This document shows positions 49,737 through 61,700 of a DNA stretch of 64,000 bases, piece after piece. The position numbers and the translations under genes are program-made. The stretch lies in NCBI RefSeq assembly GCF_964204645.1, contig NC_134027.1, forward strand, positions 21,724,560 to 21,788,559, given 5' to 3'. The notes below the pieces were generated by a model, which was given only the letters and a program-made list of their open reading frames with translations, ran no database searches and was not told the origin of the DNA. The DNA is from Tubulanus polymorphus (Eukaryota; Animalia; Nemertea). Numbering within the stretch: the stretch's first letter is position 1; every line of letters begins with the position of its first letter.

Positions 49737-52700
49737 GTAAATTAGTCTGGAATCAGACGATGTGTATGTGTTTCCCTTATATATGTGAGTTAATAATCTG
49801 GGGCCAGTTGCTCAAATGATGGTTGAAGATAACCGGTGGATAAAGACCATAGTAACTATGTCGGCCTACCTTTAATTGTCACCATGTCAACTATCCACTA
49901 GTTAGCTTTAACCAACTTTTGAGAGGGCGGATCCATGCTATATTCCACCGTATTCCGGAATGTAGTTAGTAAAAAATGTAACTAACATGTATTTTTTAGA
50001 AGTACATAATCTGACAGGTCTAGGATACAAGGAAAACTGGGAGGACTCCAACTCCCCTTTTAATGAGTTTCATACGTGCAGCGCTTGCTACTTTGTTGGC
50101 AGATCATTGAGCAGTCATTTCTATGAATCAAGTCAAATTCACCCGCTGGATCCGCCCCTGCAACTGGATCCTGAATGTTGGCTGCTGGCATCGTAATACC
50201 CCCCCCCCCCCCAAATTGCTGCACAAATTGAAACTAGAGGAAGTTTGGCACTGGAGCTGTTACATAGTTGGCCTAAGGTCCATAGTCCATATTTGCTCGA
50301 TTAATTAGTATTTAGAGCACCATCGGGGCAGTGTAGACCTAGTGCCTTAACTTCAAGAGCCAATGAGGCCAGACACCGGACAGAAATTAAGATACTTTCC
50401 GTCTGGCATCTGGCCTCTTAGAAAACTTCTGAAGATACTTTTTACCTCTTGCCTGGCATAGGCCTAACCCTGTCCTACCCTAACCCATAGCCTGAACCCT
50501 AAACCCTGTGGACCCTTATCTCAAACACGAAAAACTATATTTCTAAGGGCTCGAAAGAAACTTATCATTTGAAGAATATGTAGCCCTAAATTTAGCTGAG
50601 AATTTTTACAGTACGTGAAATGTAGAAATGGCCACTTTGAGAAGAGAAATTAAAGGCATTCAAATGTTTCCTTGATTGAAAACTTAAAAAGAAGTCCTGA
50701 TTTCTGGCAAATAACAATCGCTACCAATTATTATTGTCTTTCATCAATAATATTTTCATTCATTTCAATTTCAGTATTTAGAAATGAGATTCAACCGGGT
50801 TATAAGAATCATGGTTTCTGCTTTGTTCATTGTACAAATGGTGAGGGTTTTTTTTGTATCAAATCGTCTCGAGTTGCTCATGACATTCCTGTCTTTTAAT
50901 TCCAGCCCCATTACTTCAAGATTTAAAATGTCATTATATCTTACAGATGTTCTATATGGCTATAGTGATATATGCCCCAGCATTGGCATTCAGCCAAGGT
51001 TTGTGATTGTAACAAGATTTCGTCGCTCGTAATTTCATCTGCTGATTTGCGAAAAAGTTTGTTGTTAGTTTTTGTTTTTATTCACTTTTCAGTGACTGGC
51101 TTAAATATGGTATTGTCAGTGGTCTCTATTGGCGCTGTTTGCACATTCTACACGGCTTTGGTAAGATCTTTATATTGTTCAAATGTCTTAGTAAGTCACT
51201 ATCACACGAACGCCTTGACCCAGGTCAAATTTGGCCTGTGCCAAATTTTAGCATCAATCAAATTATTCCGTGTGAATGCTAACTTGTTCTGTGAGTATGG
51301 CTGACCGCAACATCATTTAGATTGCATTTTAGTGAGGTGTGAGTGTCTTATGCGTGAATGCGCTCTCTATAATTAGATGAATATCAAATTTGACTCAGTT
51401 CCAGTTCTGGTTAGTTTTATTCGGATAAGATCATTAACCTTTGGTCGCCCTTTTGGGTCCATATTAGAGTCATTTTAGACTCAATTCATTCCTTAAAATC
51501 CCCTATAAATTAACAATTATTCTGAATTGCATTAAATTTACTGTGCCCAGAAAGCTTTGGATTTATCCTCGTATGAATAAATTAGAACATAGTCCTTACA
51601 CGATAAGGAGCCATGTATAAAGTGCATATGCCATTAGGCTAGTTCATTTGAAAGATGCTGTTCAATAATCATGTAATGCGTATGTGGGTGAGGGGTTGTA
51701 AAAAGTATGTTATAGGCCTAAGAGGAGGGGGTGTCTGAGCATCTGTTACGTAACATAATTTTTTTTGAAAAACTTCGACCAATCTTCTTGTGAAACCAGG
51801 ACAAGAGTGAAATTGGACCAGTTTCTAATCATGAATAATGCTTTACTGAAGCAGTTGTCAAACAGTAATAAAACTCGTCGAGAATAGAAAGCTAAGGTCG
51901 GCCTATATATTCTGTAGGCATAAAAATAATACTGATTGTAGCAAAAGTTTCGAACTGGTACTGTGATGAAGATTTTAGCAAAAAATAATGGGTGGTGTAG
52001 TAATATTTGTTACGTAATATTATTAGGGGGTCTGCCAAAATTTGTTGCAGCTTGTTACAACGGGAGGGGGTATCAAAATAACCTCCACAAAATTTTTGAA
52101 CAGTCCCCGAATGCTAATTTCTTTCAGCAAGGAATAATGCAAATTTAGTTGTTTACTAAATGCGTTAATATACTTTTTTGCAGGGTGGAATGAAAGCCGT
52201 AATGTGGACGGATGTATTTCAAATGTTAGTAGTCTACGCCGGTTTGTTCGCCGTTATCATACAGGGTACTATCGTTATCGGCGGTTTCGGCGAGGTCTGG
52301 CAGCGAAATCTCGACGGCGGTCGCATTAAATTTATCGAGTAAGTTTAAATGTTCACTCGTGTGTTTCAAATCTTAATGAGTGTGATGTTCTGCCTCAGTT
52401 GGGATTTGAAACTGATGGCATCAAGACTCTGCCACGGCATTAGTTGCCCGACTGCGTTGGTACAAGCACAGCTTAGATTATGGCATAATTTGCCATTCAA
52501 CAGTTACATTTCATTTAACCCTTTCAGTGCTGGCTAATTAATACCCTATAGTGCTGAAGATGATTTGAAAATTCTTAAAAATTCCACTCTAGTGTGTTGA
52601 ATAACAGGAATAGCACTATAGTGCGTCTACACCCTGGCGCGGTATATCGTTAGTTACTGATATTTCACTATGTTTGACAGGTGCTGCCATCTTTCAAGAG

Positions 52701-55700
52701 AGATAATTAGTAATTACTAATTAAATCAATACACCACAGTGCGGTGTACTAGCAAAATCCATCACGGATTTGTACACCGCACTGCGGTGTAGACGCACTG
52801 AAAGGGTTAATCCCAGGCTTTGTGTTTATGGTTTACCTATGAAATTTGCCAATTTTACAACAGGCAATCTGATTGGCGCCACATATTTTCGTGCGGCTAA
52901 TCTATGCATGTACCTGTGCACTTGGGCTAATCAGGTAAAGGTATGTACCGTGGCAAAGTCTCGATGTCATCGGATTCCAAAAGTCCCTTATTGAGGGAGG
53001 ATGAGTGAGTGGTGAGTGAAAATGATGGAATGCACATAAAACTAGGATGAATGAGAAAAGATGGAGGAATCTACCTTTGATAAATATAGGAAAGAATCCC
53101 ACAATAATATAATGAGAAAGATGAAGTCCCTAAAGTATGTATCCTTTCGTTCCGGAAGATAACCAACCATTAGGTTATAGTCGAAACATTGAATCAATGA
53201 ATCATTAGCTTAACCCTTAGGAATCTGGATTTTATTGTCAATGCACTGAGCAGGACTGAATTAATTTTGGGTAAAACAAAGGAAACAAGTATCTAATTAC
53301 CAAGCCTAACAACATCCTCATCTTAGGAGCCTTTGTTGGCAATCAATTCAACAATCTCTACGTCCATTAGAAATTTTTTAGGCATTTTTTAGCAATATAA
53401 ATACTGCAACGTTGTCTATTTCCTGATTGTCAAATGGAAGAAACCGCCACGCTGTTTCCATTGGCACGCTGCCAATTCAACCCGAATTTCTCGAGAAGTT
53501 TTAATGATACGCTTTGAGTTAGTGTACCGAAATGACTTCGTTGGACTGGTCCCCAGACACATACTGCTAGTGGATACTAAATTTAAAACTTTCATGGTGC
53601 TATAGAATCGTCGCCTGTCGCAGATTTGCGAGATCAGTCCTTTCGGGGTCACTTCCGTTCTCGCGCAAATTTGCGAGAGCAGGTTCCTAAGGGTTGAAAG
53701 AAACTTTTCGGACTTCATCTTCCATGTTATATATATTAGTGTCGGATCCACAACACAGGATTTAGTGTTTCATAAATGGTTACCTTTTTAATCTTATTAA
53801 ATGAAAATCTCATCACATTTAAACGGTTGAAATGGTACATTTTTGAAATACATTATCTGAACTCTTGTTTACCAGGAAGGAATTTTACCCACACCGCGAC
53901 CATTCTGTTACGTTTTCTTAAATATGTCTATTGTATTTATATCATTAATAAGTAAACATCTCGTCTAACTGTGCTGGGGGTTACTCATTACCAGGTATTG
54001 TACACAAAACATCGAGGTTATCTCTTGCTATTCACCCGAAATTTATAGTTTTGTTATTTGTTTGTTCGATAAAAAGACGACGAGAAAAGCCAGCGCAAGG
54101 CCATCGGTAGGAAGTTCATTCTTTCGCTATCCAAAAATCCCATATACCTCTTATCTATACCAAATAAAACACTCCACATTTATAAGAGTTTAATGGTTTC
54201 GTTGCCCTTTGTTGTTCATAAATAGTTTAACTCTAAAAACAATTTAATGTCTTCATTCGTTTAGTGAAACTGGACTTTAGTCCTAGCTACAGCTGGTCTG
54301 GGTGGAATTATGCTTCTCCACAAGATAGGCGAGGCTGGTTTGCTTCAAGTTTGAAATGAATTTCATTTCTCGATTTCTGTAATTCTTACTATCAGATTAG
54401 CTAAATGTTTTTGTAATCCATTGTCTCGTGTATTATGTGTATGGTTTATAAATATTATCAAGCGCATAAAGCCAATTAACTTTTAGGTGGCATATATATT
54501 CAATATTTTCCGATTGAATTCACAAATCTCATGGGTTCATTATGATTTACGCATAAACATTTGATTAGAATTCAATGAATATCAGTAAACTTTGATACTT
54601 GACACACAATGGCTTGACATGATGTCCTAATAACCCTACAGAACTTCTCTCCTAGTGTTACGACTCTATTTCAGGTTTAGGCAAATGATTTATTAATTCG
54701 AGTGTAAACTCCTCAGAGTAAATTCTTTTTAGCATTTTTCCATGTTCTGCTATAAAGAAGTGTGACATAAATTTGAACTATAAAAAAATTGAGAAAAAAT
54801 ATTTTTGTTCCAGTTTGTCCTTAGCTCATTCGGTGATTGCTGCCAAATCTGTTTTGATGTACGCTATAATACCCAACTCTGATAGTTATCCCACTGTGGG
54901 AAGATGTGTAACACCGGAGCTACTTCAAGCCCTATCACCTATTAGGCCAGGTAGCATTTACTCCTAGGTGCATAGAGGCAATGAGGTTAGCATCTTGCCC
55001 AGGGACTCAATGGTAATGTACAGACCTGGAATTTCGCAGGCGAACACTAACTAATACATTCTCTAGAGAAAGTGAATTTAATCATAGTTATCATCATACG
55101 TTATTTCAAGAAGGGAAGGTAATCGCCAGGACCCAGTTCCACAGTCGCGAGTTAGAGTTAACTCTGAGTTAAAGTTAGTTCATTTTCAATGAGTTAACTC
55201 TGAGTCAAATCTTAACTCAGAACTGTGGAACTGGACCCAGAGCTGCTTGATGTGCTAATGTCTATCAGGTCTCTCAGGCTAGGTACCCATTTACTCCTGG
55301 TAGGATAGAGACAATGGGATTAAGTGTGTATTGCCCAGTGTCAGTACAAAATAGAACCCGTGATATATCATCCCTGCACCGGTGACGTGATATAGCTGCT
55401 ACAGTTATAGGCTGGTCGTACAGCTTTTTCGGGCTCTCTGATTAAAGATAAATTGATTGAGAAAGATGTTTTTTATGAGAGAGGTGTAAAAAGGGTTATG
55501 AATTTTGACCAGGTCTATCCACGAAGCTGCAGTTTTGGAACATTACTTGGAACATGTGACACCAGCTTAATACTTACTAAATTGAATAAGATGAACGGTC
55601 TTTTTTTTGTAGTTTCGATCCCGATCCCTTGCAACGTCACACACTATTCACTCTGGTATTTGGAGGATTTTTCACGACGCTGACCGTGTACGGAGCCAAT

Positions 55701-58700
55701 CAGACCATGTTACAAAGATATCTGAGCGTGCGAAAACTCAAAGACGCGCAGATGTAAGTCGTGAAAATTGTTGATATTCATTATATCAATTATCTCTTCA
55801 TAAGTTGACCATTACACAAAATATTTGTTTAAAAGCTTAAAACACTCATGAAGATAAGGATATTACTTTAAACATCGCGCAGGCTTGAAACATTGATATG
55901 TCCATGCTCAAATCGGTAGTCTAACAGCCATGGGTTTTTTGAAGTGACTACGCTGTATTTGTTGGCTAACACAATATTTGATTTACATAATAGACATTTG
56001 AATTTTGTAAATTCCTGATTATCCTTGGTGCATTATCGTTTGGCAGGGGATTCGAACCCAGTGGCATCATACGACTCAGCAACCTGAGTAGCCCGAGTAT
56101 GCAAGTACATGCGTGTGTGTGCAATCGGATCGGCCTGTTGTATTATCGCTGACGCAAATTTCACGAAAAATTATATAGCCTGGAATAACCTGGGCTAAAA
56201 TCAGACGGGATTTCTGATTGGCTAATCAAATGATCATCTAAGTTGTGCGTGTACCTGCATACTCTTGGGCTAATCAGGCAGCCTTTCGTACCGTGGTTGA
56301 GTCAATCGATGTTATCAAGTTCAAATCCCTTCGGAGGGAGAATGTGTGCGAATATCCAGCACTTGTTGGCAAACATTCGTGTTCAAGAATTCTGTTGTGC
56401 CAAGTCTCCTTTATCATCATAATTTAAAATGTATAGTAACCATTAACCAGTTTAGAGTTTCAGCGCTTTCACTGGCTTGTATCAAGTGAAATAATAGCTG
56501 CAATCACACAGCGATGATTTGGCCCGGGCCAAACTGGCACGGCTCAGGCTCGAGTCAAATTTGACCCGTGCCTAATTAGAGAGCGCGTTCACATGCAAAC
56601 CATTCACTCGATACTAAACAATGCTCAAACAAAGTGAAGTGGGTCATTTTCGGTACCAGTCGCAATTCTGCAATCTTTTGTCTCGTGCTAGAATTTGGCG
56701 CGGGCCTGGTCCAACGTTTTTGGTCGGGCCAAATTTTGCACCCGTGTGAACACTTGTACCAGGCAAAAAATGCTCGTGTGATCGCGGTTAGAGTTGATAA
56801 CGATGACGTGTATTTCAGAGCTGTATATTCGGCGATGATAGCGACGTTCATATTTCTGGGTTTGTTGGTATTGACCGGAGTCGTGATGTACGCCTATTAT
56901 TACAACTGTGATCCGATTTCTGCGGGAATCGTTCAACGCGGTGATCAGGTATGTATTACAGTTGATAAGACATTCCAGTAATATGGTGAACCATAAATGG
57001 TTGCGCAGTTGGTAGTTGGGTCGGGATGAGACTGGGTCCTGGCCTGCTCAATTTCCACCTACCAACCTTTTAATGTGGTATCATAACTTTCTGAGTCTTA
57101 TATATATTATAAATTGCCCTATGATATCTTCATTTACCAAATTCTTCAGCCTTCATTATTGGGCTTTACCGTAATAGAAATTATATACTCTTTATTTCGA
57201 TCGCCGTGTTAGGAAGTTTCTGCCAATTCTATCATCTTTGTTCGGGTAGAGAAGAATATTCTAGGAGTGCAAAATCGAAAAAGAGCCTTAGTTAATCAAT
57301 GTACTACCATGTTACTTCGGTCGGACTAGAAATAAGATTCTGTCTCTTATATGATTTTGGAGATTTTTGTCGGTTTAGACGATATATATTGCTGAAATAT
57401 GAAACATTGATTTCAATAGGTTTTACCTCATCTTGTGATGGAAATATTGAGATTTCTTCCCGGAATGCCTGGAGTTTTCATGTCTTGTGTCTTCAGTGCT
57501 GCTCTAAGGTAGGTTAAATCTGGGCTGCGAGATTGATACCATGGTGACAATAATGGGATTTAATCGTTAACCCATTTCAACAAAATTTAGATATGTTTGA
57601 AGGTCTACTAACGGTTCTCAGGGGTAAAAACGTTATTGAACAAAAGTTTTAGGGGCTTGATTTATGATTACTCTTTGAAAATACATTGAACATGCCTGTA
57701 TTGTTGTATGTAAACACTGCATTAAGACTTAATGTAACCCTCTCACAATGCGACTACTTTCAGCGGCAGATCCAGGGGCTAATTTTGTAGAACTTCGTCA
57801 CATCCCAATTGGGCATTTTAGTGGCCAACAAGCTATATTTGGTTGGTCACTCCACACTGGGGCTTATCAAACTGTATACCCCAGCGGTTCTATGGTGACA
57901 ATTTGTGTCACTTGTAACAGGGCCTAAACATGGTCACATCCCAAACGGTATATGAAGCGTACTCATGCACTGAATTGCAACAACTTTTTGTTCATTGACA
58001 AAATGAAAAAAGGGCACTCGCGCATTTGAAGGACTTCTACAAGTCTCACAAGTTCCCCTGAATCCGCCCCTGACTTCAAAGCTCTTTAATCAAAGCAGTG
58101 TTTAGATACAGCAGCAGCTAGTTCAACCTAGACCAACCCTCTTATAACATATTACTGGCGCCTACGGGGTGTCTGTCTCCAAAAACACTGGGTGAAACAT
58201 AAAACAACTTTCGCTTCATTTTCTTCTTTACAGCACGGTGTCTTCTGGCGTGAATGCGTTAGCTACAGTTTGTCTCGAGGATTTTATTCGTCCGTGTTAT
58301 GAACAAATAAAAAATATCGATTTACCAGAACGGGCAGCTACTATACTCTCAAAACTACTAGGTAACTTCATTGATTCCTTGATAACTAATGTCGACTGTG
58401 AAGCCAACCCAATATACTTCATTACCATATTACCAGTGTGAAACAAAACGTCAGCTATGAGATATACCGTAGATGATAATGGGCAGAAATTGCAGTACGA
58501 GATATGTAAATCAACATCATCATCACTTGGCTGAGATTTGAACCTGTTTTGGTTGCTACAGTACAAACCCTGCCCGAACAGACCGGCGCACTAATAAGTG
58601 CACAGTATTGCTGTGATGTCATTATCAGCCAATTATAAATCATGTTTCATTTTAGCTGAAGCATTCTATATGTATACCTGTTCCAATTTTTCTAAGCGAT

Positions 58701-61700
58701 TATACAACAGGATCTGATTGGCACCGACAATTTTTTCAGCGTCTAGGTGGTGCAACCTGATTATACAATCAGGCTTTTCAGGCAGTGGCAGAGATTCGAT
58801 GTCATCAAATTTAAATCCCTCTGATAACCTCTGTTTTCTACGGCTTTAACAGTAATGATTTATCTTATTTCAGCGTTAGCGATGGGACTATTAACCCTAG
58901 GTTTAGCATTCCTCGCGTCAGTTATGCCATCGACGTTAGTGCAGATCTCTTTGAGTATATTTGGTATGGCAGGCGGACCGATACTCGGCGTTTTCACCGC
59001 CGGAATTTTGTTTCCTTTCATCAATTCGTTGGTAAGTTAAAATCGCTGAATGATAAGATACAGTCAAACTCAATCAATTCTTACTTAAAAGTGAGTTTTT
59101 GGAAAATTCTGCCCCCCTCGATGGTATATAATGGGCGTACTGCTATAGTGCATCTACACCACGGTCATTACCGTACCAATATTTCGCTATATGATGATTA
59201 ATTCAATACACTGTGGTGTGGTGTATTAGCAAAGTCCTGAAGGGTTAACCCTTTCAGTGCGTCTAACTGACTTATCAATACCCTATAGTGCTGGATATAA
59301 TTTGGAAATTTTCAAAAATTCCACCCTAGTGTGTTGAATAACGGGAATACCACTATAGTGCGTCTTCACCGCGGGGCGATGTATCGTTAGTTTCTAGTAT
59401 TTCACTACGTTTGAACAGGGGCTGCCATTTTTCAAGCGAGATAATTACAAATTACATCTATACACCACATTGCGGTGTAGACACACTGAAAGGGTTAAGT
59501 AGTCATAGCAGGGATAGTCATTGACAACTTCCTTACTTCATTCGAAATGCAAATTTGGGACTTAAAATTTGTGACGACTATGATGTGTGAGCTGTCGGCT
59601 TATCCAATTATGACCTAACTGAGTACAACTGTATATATGTATAGCGGGACATACTTCAGTAATCATGATTTATCGACCGTTTATGGACTTAATGAAATGG
59701 AATGTTGGTTTTTCTGAAACATACTTTAGAATCAGCTTTCCATGTAGTTGAACGCTGTAGTCCAAGTCTAGCTCTTAAGATGGTGGACTATGATGCAGAC
59801 TCAGGGGGATAGACGGGATTTTCTGTGGTGGAGTTGGTTTTTTGAGATAGTGGAACTGCACTGAGACAAGTAACTGACTTGTTAGAGGATTTAAAAAGTA
59901 AAAGGCCTGTAGCTTTGGATATTAATAGAATATTTTGAGGACCAAAAATGAATGGAAATCTTGAAATTTCATGTGCTCCTGCCACTATTTGAGAAATCAC
60001 GATAAACAAAAGTTGCTTTGTCGCTGACTCAAGAGCTATACCATGACCAATTTCAAAGAAGGAAATTATTGCATGTTGATAATAATCTTTCGATGAGTTC
60101 AGGCTATCCTTATTAGCTCCAAGACCTCATTCAGAATATTTATGTAGAATAAATAGATGTTATGAATATAACATTTAACATTTGGGATCATTCATTTATT
60201 ACATACGCATGAAATTTGACCCCCCCCCCCCCATCCCCTGTACGCAAAATCGGCCATTTTTTCATATACATTAAGCATTACAGTACGCAATTGTACTCAC
60301 CCCTCCCCCTCCCTTAATGCGTATGTAATAAGTGCATGACCCCTTTAGTGATGTTATTTACAGGGAGTTGGTATTGGAATGGTAGCTGGTATTAGTGTGG
60401 CGTTCTGGTTGGGTATCGGCGCTGTAGTTACGAAACCGCCGCTTCCGGTGTTACCGTTGACAACGGATGGATGTAATTTCACGGGAATCAATGTTACCAT
60501 GACGACAATCATTCAAACAGTCGATTTCACAACAATAACTCCTTCTACAGAAACCCCCAGGTAATGTTTCTTGAATAGGTTCGATTTCGTAAGAATGGCC
60601 AGGTTTGAGACTCGCCACTTCATAATGTATATGAAAATTGAATATACCTCTAGTATCAGGGATGATGATTTTCCGCCATACGGCGGATTTCCACCTTTTC
60701 AATCAATTTTTATCATTTCTCAGATCGATGCAAATCCGTTGAAAAAATGGGGGGGTGAGGATGATGGCATCTTAAAGATTGATTGGTATGACCATAAAAG
60801 CGTGTCCCGATCTATTTTTAAAATGCTATCATTTTCGTTAGCCAAGTTTTATCTATCTGTTGCCCGACCGTGTGTCTGTGGATATATTTATCTACATTAT
60901 TGATTGTTTTACCGAGTGTTGCTCGCGTGTAGTGCTGAAAAACAGCTTTTGTGGCCCGTAACGTGGCGCCGCCTACATTGTTTTTCTTATGCAAAGATGA
61001 TTAGCATCATGACTCGTCTTGGAGTTTGTAAACAATAAAACATCGGATGATGTTGTGTTTTTCTGAGTGAAATTTCCATATTATAACTGCTGAAAAACGA
61101 TGTGAAAAATCAAAATTTTCTGGGGGAGGACCCCCCAGACCCCTTTTCATTACTTCGGCACTCGTTATTTCTAAGTTATATCGCGATTTAAATTTTTCTT
61201 CCTTTTTAATGATGACCTGTTATCATCCCTGAGTATACAAGCACCAATCTAAGTATTTTATCTTACTTATTTCAACTTACTTATTTGATTTGTTAATAAT
61301 ATCGACCTCTAATTGTCTTTAATCTAGGCACCCAAACGCATGTGTGTACAGCCACACTAATTTTACTACCTAAGCATTATTGTGCCGAAGTACATTTTCC
61401 ATATAAATGCCAACTCTGTTGAATGAAAATCTTTTGATATATTATCAATAAAATCTTTGGAGTAAACTTGCTTGAATTGTTAAATTGATTGGCTGATCTA
61501 TACCAGAAGAGAGCTTTTTTGGATTTAAAAGGAATGAAAATTTATCTCTTATACTTCTGTTCTATTTTAGTTCTGGTGGATTCAATGATATCTATAAGAT
61601 CTCCTACCTATACTACAGTCCAATAGCAGTATTTGTAATAATAATTGTGGCTAGTTTAGTCAGTTGGTGTTCAGGTGAGTAGCTGATCTTACAATCCAGG

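Noticed and set aside
50460-50510. Telomere-like ccctaa repeats
   Set aside because: There are only a few degenerate units, a common feature inside DNA transposons.
59700-60140. Possible non-LTR endonuclease remnant (VYPPES, minus strand)
   Set aside because: It rests on a single degenerate motif, too weak to call.
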